The notes under the pieces were generated by a model. That model had not been told where the DNA came from, did not search any database, and saw nothing but the letters and a program-made list of their open reading frames with translations. A stretch of 64,000 bases of DNA from Dehalococcoidia bacterium (GTDB lineage: Bacteria > Chloroflexota > Dehalococcoidia > Lucifugimonadales > JAGWBF01). The DNA is taken from the NCBI GenBank assembly GCA_965197415.1, contig OZ240207.1, positions 1,053,046 to 1,117,045 of the forward strand. The letters are read 5' to 3'. Shown in pieces: positions 9,128 through 18,430 of the stretch (positions are counted from its first letter, which is position 1; each line of letters starts with the position of its first letter). The position numbers and the translations under genes are program-made.

Positions 9128-9436
9128 TGCGAGCACCTCATTCTTTTCCGCTGGTTGGGGCCGGCTGGAGACGCTGGAATGGCCTGATGCGCCCCGCTGG
9201 GAGACGCGGTCCGGTGGGGGAAGCGACCTGTTGAAGGGCCTGGACTTGCCGGCAGGCCCGGGAGCGGGCCGTCCGGCGCAGGCAGCTCTCTAACCAGCGT
9301 AAGCGACGCAGCGACGGCGGGTTCCATTGCCCCGTCCGCCGCCTCAATTGAATGGACCGTTCTGTCGAACCCGAATCCCATACAAATACCCCCCTGCTCC
9401 TGTCGGCAGGCCGTTCCATGTCATTCTACAGGGACC

Positions 9437-9509
9437 GTGTAAGATGGCTGTTAGAAAAATGGCGAATTGGCATGATATTGGTGTAAGATACGGCCCAAAG
9501 TGCTATAAT
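9437..9509 (+). promoter_or_regulatory. Candidate promoter for the hybrid kinase gene: extended -10 TGcTATAAT with two GTGTAAGAT direct repeats
   Basis: TATAAT at 9504-9509 is preceded by TG at 9501-9502. GTGTAAGAT occurs at 9437-9445 and 9481-9489 (44 bp apart), and the second copy sits at the -35 position. The element lies about 90 nt upstream of ATG 9600, inside the divergent intergenic region. Confidence 0.3.
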
Positions 9510-9599
9510 CGACCCCAAAGCGTTGGCCCCGCTTCATCCAGGCGGCGGCGCTTCCGCGGGTGTTCAACGTGTCCCGCAACCCAGACTTGAGGCGGTGCA

Positions 9600-12035
9600 A
9601 TGAACCGAGACGATGAACGAGACCTGGTGATACAGGCCCTGAGAGACCGGCTGTCCAGGCTGAGCGAGGCCAGCCTGCGCATCAACGAAAGCCTGGACTT
9701 CGACACGGTGCTCCAGGGGGTCCTGGACTCCGCCCGCTCCCTGACCGGGGCCCGCTACGGAGCGATGACGCTCCTCAACGATGCGGTCGAGCTTCCACCC
9801 GATTGGGAGCCCACGGCCAAAGCGCCGGGCAGCAACGCGCCGCTGGTCGATTACTTCACCTCAGGGCTAACGGAGGAGCAGGTCCGCAGGATGCAGGACA
9901 TGCCGGAGCGGATACTCCTCTTCAACTATCTGAGCCGGATTCCAGAGACGTTGCGGATTCCCGACCTCGCCAGCCACACCATCTCTCTGGGTATGGCCGA
10001 GTTCACCGCTCTGCCGGTGGGGCCGTTCCTGTCAGCGCCCCTCCTCTACCAAGGTGACTTCGTGGGCGTCATCTTCCTGGCCAGGGATACGGGGATGGAA
10101 GAGTTTGGCCAGGAGGACGAGGAGACGTTGGTGATGTTCGCGTCCCAGGCGGCAATGGTCATCGCCAACGCCCGCCGGTACCGGGAGGAGCAGCGGGCCA
10201 GGAACGACCTGGAGACGCTGATCAACATCTCTCCGGTGGGTGTGGCGGTCTTCGACGCGAAGACCGGGGCGCCGGTGTCCTTCAACCGGGAAGCCGTGCG
10301 AATCGTCGACAGCCTGCGCGACCCGGACCAACCCCCGGAGCAGTTGCTGGAAGTTCTGTCCTATCGAAGGGCCGACGGACGGGAGATTGCTCCGTTCGAC
10401 ATAGCCAAGGAGCTGATCGCAGGGGACACCGTGCGGGCCGAGGAGATCTTCATCGAGGTCCCCGACGGGCGCAGCGTCACCACCCTGGTGAACGGCACTC
10501 CCATCCATGGGGAGGACGGCCGAATCGTGTCGGTGGTTGTGACCCTACAGGACATGACGGAGTTGGAGGAGCTGGAGCGGCTGCGGGCCGAGTTCCTGGC
10601 AATGGTGAGCCACGAGTTGCGCACGCCCCTGACCTCGGTCAAGGGCTCCATTGCTACCCTGTTGGACCCCCCAACCACCCTCGGCCCCACCGAGATGAGG
10701 CAGTTCTTCCGGATCATCGACTCGCAGATAGACCGGATGCACGTGCTGATAAGCGACCTGCTGGACGTGGCCCGCATCGAGACGGGCACGCTTGCGGTCT
10801 CACCCGAACCGACGGACGTGGCCATACTGGTGGGGGAGGCCGGCAACGGCTTCCGCAGTGCCGGGGGCAGGCACAACATCGAGGTCGAGCTTGCTCCGGA
10901 CCTGCCCTGGGTCATGGCCGACAGGCTGCGCATGGTACAGGTGCTGGGCAATCTGTTGACCAACGCGGCCCGGCACTCGCCCGAGTCGTCCATCATCCGG
11001 GTGACCGCCGTGGGGGAAGGGGTCCACGTTGCGGTGTCGGTCTCCGACCATGGTAGAGGCATTCCCGCCGAGAGCCTGCCGCACCTGTTCCGCAAGTTCT
11101 CCCGGATAGAGTCCCAGGAGCAGGGGGGCGACACGGGCCTGGGCCTTGCCATATGCAAGGGGATAGTTGAAGCGCTCGGGGGCCGCATCTGGGCCGAGAG
11201 CGACGGGCCGGGCCTGGGCGCACGGTTCACCTTCACCCTTCCGACGGTCGAGCAGGCCGGGTACGTCTCTCCGGTGGCCCCCTCCCGGCCCTCGTCCCGC
11301 TCTGCGCGGCGGGCCGAAGCGCTGCGCATCCTGGCTGTAGACGACGACCCCCAGGCGCTCAGGTACGTCCGCGACACTCTCATGAAGGCGGGGTTCGAAC
11401 CGATGGTGACGGCGGACCCGGAGGAGGTCCTGCGTCTCGTGGAGGAGTACAAGCCCCACCTGGTGCTGCTGGACCTGGTGCTCCCGGGTGTCGACGGGAT
11501 GGATCTGATGAAAGACATTGCCGAGATGACGGACGTGCCGGTGATCTTTCTGTCGGCCTACGGCCAGGACAGGCTGGTTGCTCGGGCCTTCGACATGGGC
11601 GCCGCCGACTACATGGTCAAGCCCTTCTCACCGACGGAGCTGTCGGCCAGGATCAGGGCCGCTCTGCGCCGACGAGAGGTGCCTAAGCCGTCGGAGCCCT
11701 ATGTGTTGGGCGATCTGACCATCGACTATGACGAGCGCAGGGTGACCCTCGCCGGCCGCCCGGTCGAGCTGACCGCAAAGGAATACGGGACGCTGGCCGA
11801 ACTGTCGGCCAACGCCGGCCGCGTGCTGACCTACGAGACGCTGCTGCGCCGGGTGTGGGGGCTCGACGCCGACGCCGACATTCGCCCGATGCGGACCGTT
11901 ATAAGCAGCATCCGTCGCAAGCTGGGCGACGCCGCCGAAGACTCCAAGTACGTCCTCACCGAGCTCCGCGTCGGCTATCGGATGCCCAAGGGGGAGAAGC
12001 CGGGGCAGGAGACGGAACCGCCCGCGGCCCCATGA
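9600..12035 (+). CDS. Hybrid sensor histidine kinase fused to a complete OmpR-family response regulator (GAF-PAS-HisKA-HATPase-REC-winged helix)
   Basis: 811 aa. H-box AMVSHELRTPLTSV; HATPase NLLTNAARHS..DHGRGIP..GDTGLGLAICKGIVEALGGRIWAES; receiver LRILAVDDDP..LVLLDLVLPGVDG..KPF; winged helix LTAKEYGTLAELSANAGRVLTYETLLRRVWG..LRVGYRM. Confidence 0.9.
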   Translation: MNRDDERDLVIQALRDRLSRLSEASLRINESLDFDTVLQGVLDSARSLTGARYGAMTLLNDAVELPPDWEPTAKAPGSNAPLVDYFTSGLTEEQVRRMQDMPERILLFNYLSRIPETLRIPDLASHTISLGMAEFTALPVGPFLSAPLLYQGDFVGVIFLARDTGMEEFGQEDEETLVMFASQAAMVIANARRYREEQRARNDLETLINISPVGVAVFDAKTGAPVSFNREAVRIVDSLRDPDQPPEQLLEVLSYRRADGREIAPFDIAKELIAGDTVRAEEIFIEVPDGRSVTTLVNGTPIHGEDGRIVSVVVTLQDMTELEELERLRAEFLAMVSHELRTPLTSVKGSIATLLDPPTTLGPTEMRQFFRIIDSQIDRMHVLISDLLDVARIETGTLAVSPEPTDVAILVGEAGNGFRSAGGRHNIEVELAPDLPWVMADRLRMVQVLGNLLTNAARHSPESSIIRVTAVGEGVHVAVSVSDHGRGIPAESLPHLFRKFSRIESQEQGGDTGLGLAICKGIVEALGGRIWAESDGPGLGARFTFTLPTVEQAGYVSPVAPSRPSSRSARRAEALRILAVDDDPQALRYVRDTLMKAGFEPMVTADPEEVLRLVEEYKPHLVLLDLVLPGVDGMDLMKDIAEMTDVPVIFLSAYGQDRLVARAFDMGAADYMVKPFSPTELSARIRAALRRREVPKPSEPYVLGDLTIDYDERRVTLAGRPVELTAKEYGTLAELSANAGRVLTYETLLRRVWGLDADADIRPMRTVISSIRRKLGDAAEDSKYVLTELRVGYRMPKGEKPGQETEPPAAP

Positions 12036-12057
12036 GCTGCTGTTTACTACCTTATAT

Positions 12058-12990
12058 ATGGGGAGTGAGATGTCTCATCCCGACCTCGCTATAGTCACCG
12101 GCGCCTTCAGCTATACAGGAAGGTACGTCGCCCGGCGTTTGCTTGACCAGGGCGTTCGCGTAAGGACCCTCACCCGCAGCCCGAATGCGGAGGATCCCTT
12201 GGCCGACCATGTGGAGGCGGCCCCCCTGGACTTCTCAGACCCCGATGGGCTGAGCCGCTCGATGCAGGGAGCGGGCGTCTTCTATAACACCTACTGGATT
12301 CGGTACGCGCATGGCCGGGTGACCTTCGATCTCGCGGTGGAGAACACCAGAACGCTCTTTGAGGCTGCCAGGAGGGCTGGTGTCGGCAGGGTGGTTCACT
12401 TCTCGGTGACCAACGCCTCATCGGAGTCCGGGCTGCCGTATTTCAGAGGCAAGGCCGAGGTGGAGGATATGCTGGTGGGCTTGGGAATTCCTTATGCCAT
12501 CATCAGACCGACGCTGGTCTTCGGAGTCGGCGACCTGTTGCTCAACAACATGGCCTGGGCGCTGAGGCGGTTTCCCGTATTTCCCGTCTACGGGAACGGC
12601 GACTACCCGGTTCAGCCCGTCTACATCGAAGACCTCGCGGCCCAAGCCGTGGAGGCTGGCTCTCAAAGCGAGAGCTCCGTGGCCGACGCTGCGGGGCCGG
12701 ATACGTTCTCCTTCGAGGCGCTGCTTCGCCTGCTGGCCTCCTCAATGGGCGTCCGAAGGTGGTTCCTGCACACGCCTCCGCGCGTGGGTCTGGCCTTGAC
12801 CGGGCTGGTGGGCCTGCTGATGCGTGACATGGCGCTTACCCGCGACGAGGTTGTTGGTCTCATGGATGGCCTGCTGACATCGGAAGGCGTGCCAACTGGT
12901 ACGACCACGCTGGCGGACTGGCTGGCAGGGAACGGGGACGGCCTCGGGAGGCGGTACGTGTCCGAGCTGCGGCGCAACTGGCGGGGGTAA
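12058..12990 (+). CDS. NmrA-like / atypical SDR NAD(P)-binding protein
   Basis: 310 aa with Rossmann motif LAIVTGAFSYTGRYVARRLL. The general pattern is that of NmrA/NDUFA9-like epimerase-type proteins. An alternative start ATG 12070 has GGGGAG upstream. Confidence 0.8.
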   Translation: MGSEMSHPDLAIVTGAFSYTGRYVARRLLDQGVRVRTLTRSPNAEDPLADHVEAAPLDFSDPDGLSRSMQGAGVFYNTYWIRYAHGRVTFDLAVENTRTLFEAARRAGVGRVVHFSVTNASSESGLPYFRGKAEVEDMLVGLGIPYAIIRPTLVFGVGDLLLNNMAWALRRFPVFPVYGNGDYPVQPVYIEDLAAQAVEAGSQSESSVADAAGPDTFSFEALLRLLASSMGVRRWFLHTPPRVGLALTGLVGLLMRDMALTRDEVVGLMDGLLTSEGVPTGTTTLADWLAGNGDGLGRRYVSELRRNWRG

Positions 12991-13038
12991 TGGCCAGCGA
13001 ACGGCGAGACGAGAGGAGATTCTTGTCAGGGGAGGGAC

Positions 13039-13884
13039 ATGCCAATACCTGAATCGACACTCTCCAGATGGAGCCATCACCAGGCAGGGACGGCCTTCAA
13101 GCAGGCGCACGTACCCATCCGTGAAGCCCTGGACGCCTACAAGGGGTTGTCGCAGTTCAATTACGAAATATTCCTCCAGGGCTCCTACAAGAACGACACC
13201 AATCTCGGTGGGGACAGCGACGTCGACGTGGTCGTCCGGTTGGCCCAAAAGCTCAAGCCTGGCGTAGCCGCCCTTTCCGGCGAACAGCTTCAGGAAGACG
13301 GTTCCCACAGGTTTGTACTGGAACGCTGGCAGTCGTTTCGAGACCACGCAATGAAGGCGATGCGGGCCAGATTCGGCAATGCCGTGAAGAGCGGTCGCAA
13401 AACTCTGAAGCTGCCCAAGGGCAAGATCCCGGCGGATGCCGACCTCGTGGTGACGCTCAGCTACATGCAGGGCATCGGGTTCTATCTCCCCGATGAGGAA
13501 CGTTGGGTGGTGAGCTACCCGCAGCAGCACCACCAACGGGGATTGAAAAAGGAAAAGGCCACAAACGAGCGGTTCAAGAGGACCATACGCATGTTCAAGG
13601 CGGCCCGGAACCACTTGGTCAGCAAGCGGGTGCTCACCAAAGAAGACGCTCCGTCCTACTTCATCGAGTGTTTGCTCTACAACGTTCCCGACCGGCTATT
13701 CGAACAGAGGCTGGCGGCGACCTATACGGGCATCCTCGACTGGCTGAAGACCGCAAAGCTCAAAGACTTCAAGTGCCAGAACGGCCAGGTGCTCTTGTTC
13801 GGGCAAGGCCGGGAACAGTGGTCCATAAAGAAGGCGCGGACGCTCGCCAAGGCGCTGCAGGAGATGTGGGACAGATGGCATTGA
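13039..13884 (+). CDS. SMODS/CD-NTase-like polymerase-beta-fold nucleotidyltransferase, no adjacent effector
   Basis: 281 aa. Catalytic pattern FLQGSYKNDTNLGGDSDVDVVV (GS..DxD) plus a downstream acidic strand IPADADLVVTL. C-terminal helix pattern APSYFIECLLYNVPD is typical of SMODS/OAS-like NTases. RBS GGGGAGGG. Confidence 0.65.
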   Translation: MPIPESTLSRWSHHQAGTAFKQAHVPIREALDAYKGLSQFNYEIFLQGSYKNDTNLGGDSDVDVVVRLAQKLKPGVAALSGEQLQEDGSHRFVLERWQSFRDHAMKAMRARFGNAVKSGRKTLKLPKGKIPADADLVVTLSYMQGIGFYLPDEERWVVSYPQQHHQRGLKKEKATNERFKRTIRMFKAARNHLVSKRVLTKEDAPSYFIECLLYNVPDRLFEQRLAATYTGILDWLKTAKLKDFKCQNGQVLLFGQGREQWSIKKARTLAKALQEMWDRWH

Positions 13885-13941
13885 GGGTGGATGCCGTCGT
13901 CGACCGGGCCTCGGAGAGACTTCAGCCTTGGCAAGAGTCTG

Positions 13942-13997
13942 TTGACCGTACGAAAAGGGAACTCTATACTTTCATAGACTTTCATCACTTTTCATAC
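13942..13997 (+). promoter_or_regulatory. Sigma70-type promoter plus a triple 10-bp direct-repeat operator in front of the HTH-Druantia operon
   Basis: TTGACC (13942-13947), a 17-nt spacer, then TATACT (13965-13970). Three head-to-tail 10-mers follow: ACTTTCATAG, ACTTTCATCA and CTTTTCATAC (13968-13997). They overlap the -10 and the likely start site, 18 nt before ATG 14015. Confidence 0.45.
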
Positions 13998-14014
13998 GTG
14001 CGGGTGGTATTGAC

Positions 14015-14236
14015 ATGACTTCCACGGAAAGCTGGGTGGACATTGCGGAGGTGGCTGCGCATCTACGGGTGACCAAAGACTCGATATATCGTTGGGTGGA
14101 CTCGAAGAACTTCCCAGCTCACCGCGTAGGTCGTCTGCTCAGATTCAAGCTGTCGGAAGTAGACGACTGGGTGCGGTCTGGAAGTGACGAGGACGCTCCC
14201 TCAGAGGGTGAGCGCAGAAGGACGAATGTCAACTAG
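14015..14236 (+). CDS. Excisionase/MerR-type (HTH_17-like) DNA-binding protein, probable operon regulator
   Basis: 73 aa. WVDIAEVAAHLRVTKDSIYRWVDSKNFPAHRVGRLLRFKLSEVDDWV is the classic AlpA/Xis-type helix-turn-helix. The stop overlaps the next gene start by 11 nt. Confidence 0.8.
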   Translation: MTSTESWVDIAEVAAHLRVTKDSIYRWVDSKNFPAHRVGRLLRFKLSEVDDWVRSGSDEDAPSEGERRRTNVN

Positions 14237-15470
14237 ATCGATTGGTTTCAACTTGGCACTCATTCCTGACGGAGCGGCTTCTGCGGAAACCGATGACTTA
14301 TCACCGTCCTGTGACGATGCCGACGGAGCCTGTCTAAAGGAAGCTATCCATAGCCACCTCTTGAACTTGGGATTCTCCAAGAATGGTAGCGGGTACTTTG
14401 TAGATGGGATTTTGACGAAGCAGAAGATTCGGAATCTGCATGCTGCTCAGCGGCTGGATATTCTGGAGCGGCAGAGGGCCTTTGTCGAAACACATGGTGC
14501 TGAGCTTGCAGAGCACTTTGCGAGCGGTAGCCAGATTGATCCCTCGTTGATTGACCCAGAGCTGGTTGAGGTCTTGCCGGACTCTCTTGATTCTCGGTTA
14601 TTCAGATTTGCTACCCTGTTGTGGTCCGTCCCCGTGTCACAGGGTTTCGGACGTCGACTCCGTTTCCTTGTTAGAGACAGACAGAATGGCTGTCTGATTG
14701 GCCTCTTTGCTCTGGGAGACCCGGTCTTCAATCTTTCTGCGCGGGACAATTGGATCGGTTGGACTCACAAAGACCGTCGTGACCGACTCGTCCATGTCAT
14801 GGATGCCTATGTTGTTGGCGCGGTCCCTCCCTATTCGCAGATGATTGGCGGAAAGCTCGTCGCGGCATTGATGGGCAGCACGGAAGTGAAACGAGCCTAC
14901 GAACGGAAATATCTGGCCCGTCAATCGGTTATTCGCGAGAGGAACCACCGGGCGCGTCTGGTCTTGTTGACTACGACATCGGCGCTGGGAAGGTCATCAA
15001 TCTACAATCGCCTGGCCATACCAGACGGTCCTCGCTTTCTTAGAATCGGAACGACCAAGGGATTCGGCCATTTTCACCTACATGGCAAAATATTCGATTC
15101 GCTTAGAGAGCATCTGAAGGCGAAGGGGCACCCCTATGCTTCAGGCCACAGGTTCGGCATGGGACCGAACTGGAAGCTGCGCGTCGCCAGAGCTGCCCTC
15201 GAAGACGTTGGCATTGATGGGAATTCAATCTTGAAGCACGGCGTCGAGCGAGAGGTGTATGTGATCCCGCTGGCCGACAACTGGAAGGAGGTCCTATCGG
15301 GCAGGCAGAAGAAGGTGCGCTCCCTTACGAGGTCGGCCGCCGAGATATCAGGGTTCTGCCTGAGTCGTTGGATCGTGCCGCGGTCAAATCGTGACAAGAG
15401 CTTTCAGAGCTTCGACAGTGACAGCATCATAACGGCCTTATTGAACGGGGGGCCCGGGTCAGCATGGTAA
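14226..15470 (+). CDS. druA: DUF4338-family protein, Druantia DruA-like
   Basis: The track ORF starts at GTG 14184; ATG 14226 has GAAGGA upstream. DUF4338-type core: LWSVPVSQGFGRRLRFLVRDRQNGCLIGLFALGDPVFNLSARDNWIGWTHKDRRDRLVHVMDAYVVGAVPPYSQMIGGKLVAAL. Confidence 0.75.
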   Translation: MSTRSIGFNLALIPDGAASAETDDLSPSCDDADGACLKEAIHSHLLNLGFSKNGSGYFVDGILTKQKIRNLHAAQRLDILERQRAFVETHGAELAEHFASGSQIDPSLIDPELVEVLPDSLDSRLFRFATLLWSVPVSQGFGRRLRFLVRDRQNGCLIGLFALGDPVFNLSARDNWIGWTHKDRRDRLVHVMDAYVVGAVPPYSQMIGGKLVAALMGSTEVKRAYERKYLARQSVIRERNHRARLVLLTTTSALGRSSIYNRLAIPDGPRFLRIGTTKGFGHFHLHGKIFDSLREHLKAKGHPYASGHRFGMGPNWKLRVARAALEDVGIDGNSILKHGVEREVYVIPLADNWKEVLSGRQKKVRSLTRSAAEISGFCLSRWIVPRSNRDKSFQSFDSDSIITALLNGGPGSAW

Positions 15471-18430
15471 TGGACACTGAGCTTGAGGAATGGCAGGCGC
15501 GCCTGTCGCTGCACTTTTCGACGCTTCGACACAGTCGGCGTGCAAGAGGCGCTACTGAACCGCTCTTCGGACTTGAACATGGACTTTCACAGACGGAAGT
15601 CCAGGAACTTGAGCGCGCAGTGCGAGCCCACATCGCTTATCACCCACCGTCACGGGATCACTGGCTGGCCTGGATAGTGTATTCCGCTGAACTAGGCTAT
15701 CGATACTCCGGTGACGAATACTGGCAGACCTTTGAACAAGAGACGCCTGGATGGTTAGCAAACGGAGACCGGTATAGGATTCGCGAGTTCTACCAGCGGT
15801 TTGTACGAGAGCTCGGTGGAGCAGTTCCATCGGGTCCTTGGGCTGATCACTTCTCCATTATATGTTGGCCCATAACGCATGCCATCCTCCCAAAGGACCT
15901 GCAAATCCAACTGGCTCACACACTCTATGATTCCAGATACCTGCTGACCGAGGATGTCCTCGGGTCGCCAGAGCTTCTGGGGGACCTCATAGCAAGACGT
16001 AGCTGGAATGCCTCATCGCGCTTCCAGAACCTAGCACAGGGGACTCGACTCTTAGGCCAGATAGCCGCCGCTCTTCTCTTTCAAGGACAGGCTAGGTCGG
16101 GTGAGCTCATATACCCTGCTACCCTTGAGAGGATCAGTGAAGATCTAGACCGAGAGCGGCAGGCCCGGGAATGGCTACGGAAGACACGCAGTTCCTTAAG
16201 TGGAGGCGTGCGGATCCGCGGGCTTGGCTCTATCACCAGCCGGGCGGCTCCCTCTAGCATCAATCAATTGGAAGAGGCTAGGTCTACGGTCGCTGCTCTG
16301 GGGATTGAACCGCGCCTCGTGCTTCGACCAGGAGAGACTCCCGGCGTATCGTGGGACGTGTTTCTTGAAATCCCCGACCTCTCGCATCTACTGTTTCGAT
16401 TCCCTCAGACGCGGGCGATATTGACAGGTACTCGCTGCGTAGTTGCAGGGTCATCGGGACGCCCGTTAGCGAGAGGTGGGCTCTTGTATGGCGACCGGCG
16501 GGTAAAGCTTGGTAGGTGGCCGGAACCGGATGAGGTGCTGCTGCAATTCGAGAGCAGTGATTCGCAACTTGATTTTCTCCTTCGCACTGAGTGTCTCCTT
16601 CGCCCAGGTCCCAACTGGCTGTTAAGGGTCGCCTCCGATGGGCTGGCCCATGAGCGCAAGGGCCTGAGAGTTAGGCCCGGTGAACGCTACATCCTCCTAA
16701 GCACCGTAGGGCCAATAGATACGAGCGGACCTGCTACTCCGATAGACGTAGCGTGCGAGGGGGTACATGCAGCGATACTGGACCTGCCCGAGTCCCTCGG
16801 AGCAGATTGGCAAGAATCCATTCAGAAACTAGGGCTCGGGCAGGCAAGGACAATCGAGGTTTGGCCTGCCGGCCTAGCCGCTGCGGCATGGGATGGCGAG
16901 GGTCACGGAGAATGGATAGCCTCGGAACGGCCGTGCCTTGCCATTCTTGCAGATCACCCCCTGGTATCGCTCCGTGTCTCGATGGACACAAGCCCACATC
17001 ACTCCTTTGAACTGACATCCCTAGATCCCGGGGAGCCCCTGTTTCTTGAACTTCCCCAGCTCCCGGTCGGTGTCCATAGGTTGAAGTTCTCCGCACAGAG
17101 TAGTTTGGCAGGCCAGCCTGAGCTTCTTGATGATCAGGAAGCCGTCATCCGCATTCGTGAAGACTTGTCACGGACATCAGTCACTGATCATCGGGGGCCG
17201 CTGTCAGTGCAAGTCGACCCAGTTCATCCCTCAATGGAGGAACTCTGGGACGGTGAGGTCGAGGTTTGGCTTCGAGGTCCACGTAATCGCGAGGTTGTGA
17301 GTCGCGTCTCGTTCTTTGAGAGGAACGGAGGACCTCCGATTCTCGTCAAGCAACTGCCATCGGTCAATTTGCCTATAGGCCCCGAAGATTGGAAGAACCA
17401 TTTCGACAGACACATTCGAAATAGACAGGAAGTGCAGGAGGCTTACGATGCGGCTAACGTCTGCGCGTTGGAGTTCAAGGCTGGTGATTTCGGCGGATAC
17501 ACACTCCGATGCGAACGGCCCTTCACTCCCCTTCGATGGGCATTGAGGCGGGATGGCGGCGCCTACGTGGCCCGGCTGTACGATGACAGCGGCGACCCTG
17601 GGCAACCTGTGTTGAGTCATGTGGCCTTCGAGACTCCGTGTATTGAGCAACAGATCCCATTCGAAACTGATATCCAAGTGCCGGATCGCGGCGGGATGTA
17701 TGTCGCACGAACACCAAGGCATTGCGTTGCGATCATTGTTCCTCCCGTGCTTCACCACGGCTACGGATTTGCGGACCTGGCGCTCACCCCGAACATAGAG
17801 CGATGGACACGATCTCCAGACTCCGCCTTGAGGGTGGTGGAGATTTCGGGCCTGTGGAGCCGGGCGAGGCTGCCCGGTAATGTGATAGCTGCATTCCGAC
17901 GTCAGAAGGTTATGGACGCATTGGCTTGCGAACTCTTCCGTCTTCTATGTGGAGAGAACTGGGCAAGGGCAGAGGAGGAGGCCGCATCTGGAGGGAGAGA
18001 CGCCAGAGTTCTGGAAACCTTAGCCAGTGCGGTTTCCAAGAACCCTACAGAGTCAGGCGCGGGGGCTGTTCTTCTCCGCGATGCGAAAACCATGTCTCTC
18101 CAAGATTGCAGCCATCGAGTTGACCATCTTTGCTCAGTAGCAATGGAATATCGGCTAGTGCCTGAAAGCTTTCGGCGAACGATGACAATCCAGCCGGGGT
18201 CCGCTGGGGTCGTCACTGCCGGGTGGTTAGTGGAACTCGCGTTGAGACTCGCGAGTGATCCTGGCGGCACCGGGCAATGGGCGGGCCCACAGCTGCGCAG
18301 TGGGCTAAACCACTTGATGGACTCGCCGCCTTTGCCGCGAGCCGCGAGACTGGCTGTCATTGCTACTGATTTGTACGTACCCCCCGGGTCTCCATCTGGG
18401 GATCTCTACGCGGGTTGGAGATGGGCATGA
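15464..18430 (+). CDS. Large protein of unknown function in the DruB/DruC (or DruH) position
   Basis: 988-aa ORF with no motif I can name. Its start overlaps the druA stop (ATGGTAATG). Codon usage and G+C match the neighbouring island genes. Confidence 0.8.
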   Translation: MVMDTELEEWQARLSLHFSTLRHSRRARGATEPLFGLEHGLSQTEVQELERAVRAHIAYHPPSRDHWLAWIVYSAELGYRYSGDEYWQTFEQETPGWLANGDRYRIREFYQRFVRELGGAVPSGPWADHFSIICWPITHAILPKDLQIQLAHTLYDSRYLLTEDVLGSPELLGDLIARRSWNASSRFQNLAQGTRLLGQIAAALLFQGQARSGELIYPATLERISEDLDRERQAREWLRKTRSSLSGGVRIRGLGSITSRAAPSSINQLEEARSTVAALGIEPRLVLRPGETPGVSWDVFLEIPDLSHLLFRFPQTRAILTGTRCVVAGSSGRPLARGGLLYGDRRVKLGRWPEPDEVLLQFESSDSQLDFLLRTECLLRPGPNWLLRVASDGLAHERKGLRVRPGERYILLSTVGPIDTSGPATPIDVACEGVHAAILDLPESLGADWQESIQKLGLGQARTIEVWPAGLAAAAWDGEGHGEWIASERPCLAILADHPLVSLRVSMDTSPHHSFELTSLDPGEPLFLELPQLPVGVHRLKFSAQSSLAGQPELLDDQEAVIRIREDLSRTSVTDHRGPLSVQVDPVHPSMEELWDGEVEVWLRGPRNREVVSRVSFFERNGGPPILVKQLPSVNLPIGPEDWKNHFDRHIRNRQEVQEAYDAANVCALEFKAGDFGGYTLRCERPFTPLRWALRRDGGAYVARLYDDSGDPGQPVLSHVAFETPCIEQQIPFETDIQVPDRGGMYVARTPRHCVAIIVPPVLHHGYGFADLALTPNIERWTRSPDSALRVVEISGLWSRARLPGNVIAAFRRQKVMDALACELFRLLCGENWARAEEEAASGGRDARVLETLASAVSKNPTESGAGAVLLRDAKTMSLQDCSHRVDHLCSVAMEYRLVPESFRRTMTIQPGSAGVVTAGWLVELALRLASDPGGTGQWAGPQLRSGLNHLMDSPPLPRAARLAVIATDLYVPPGSPSGDLYAGWRWA

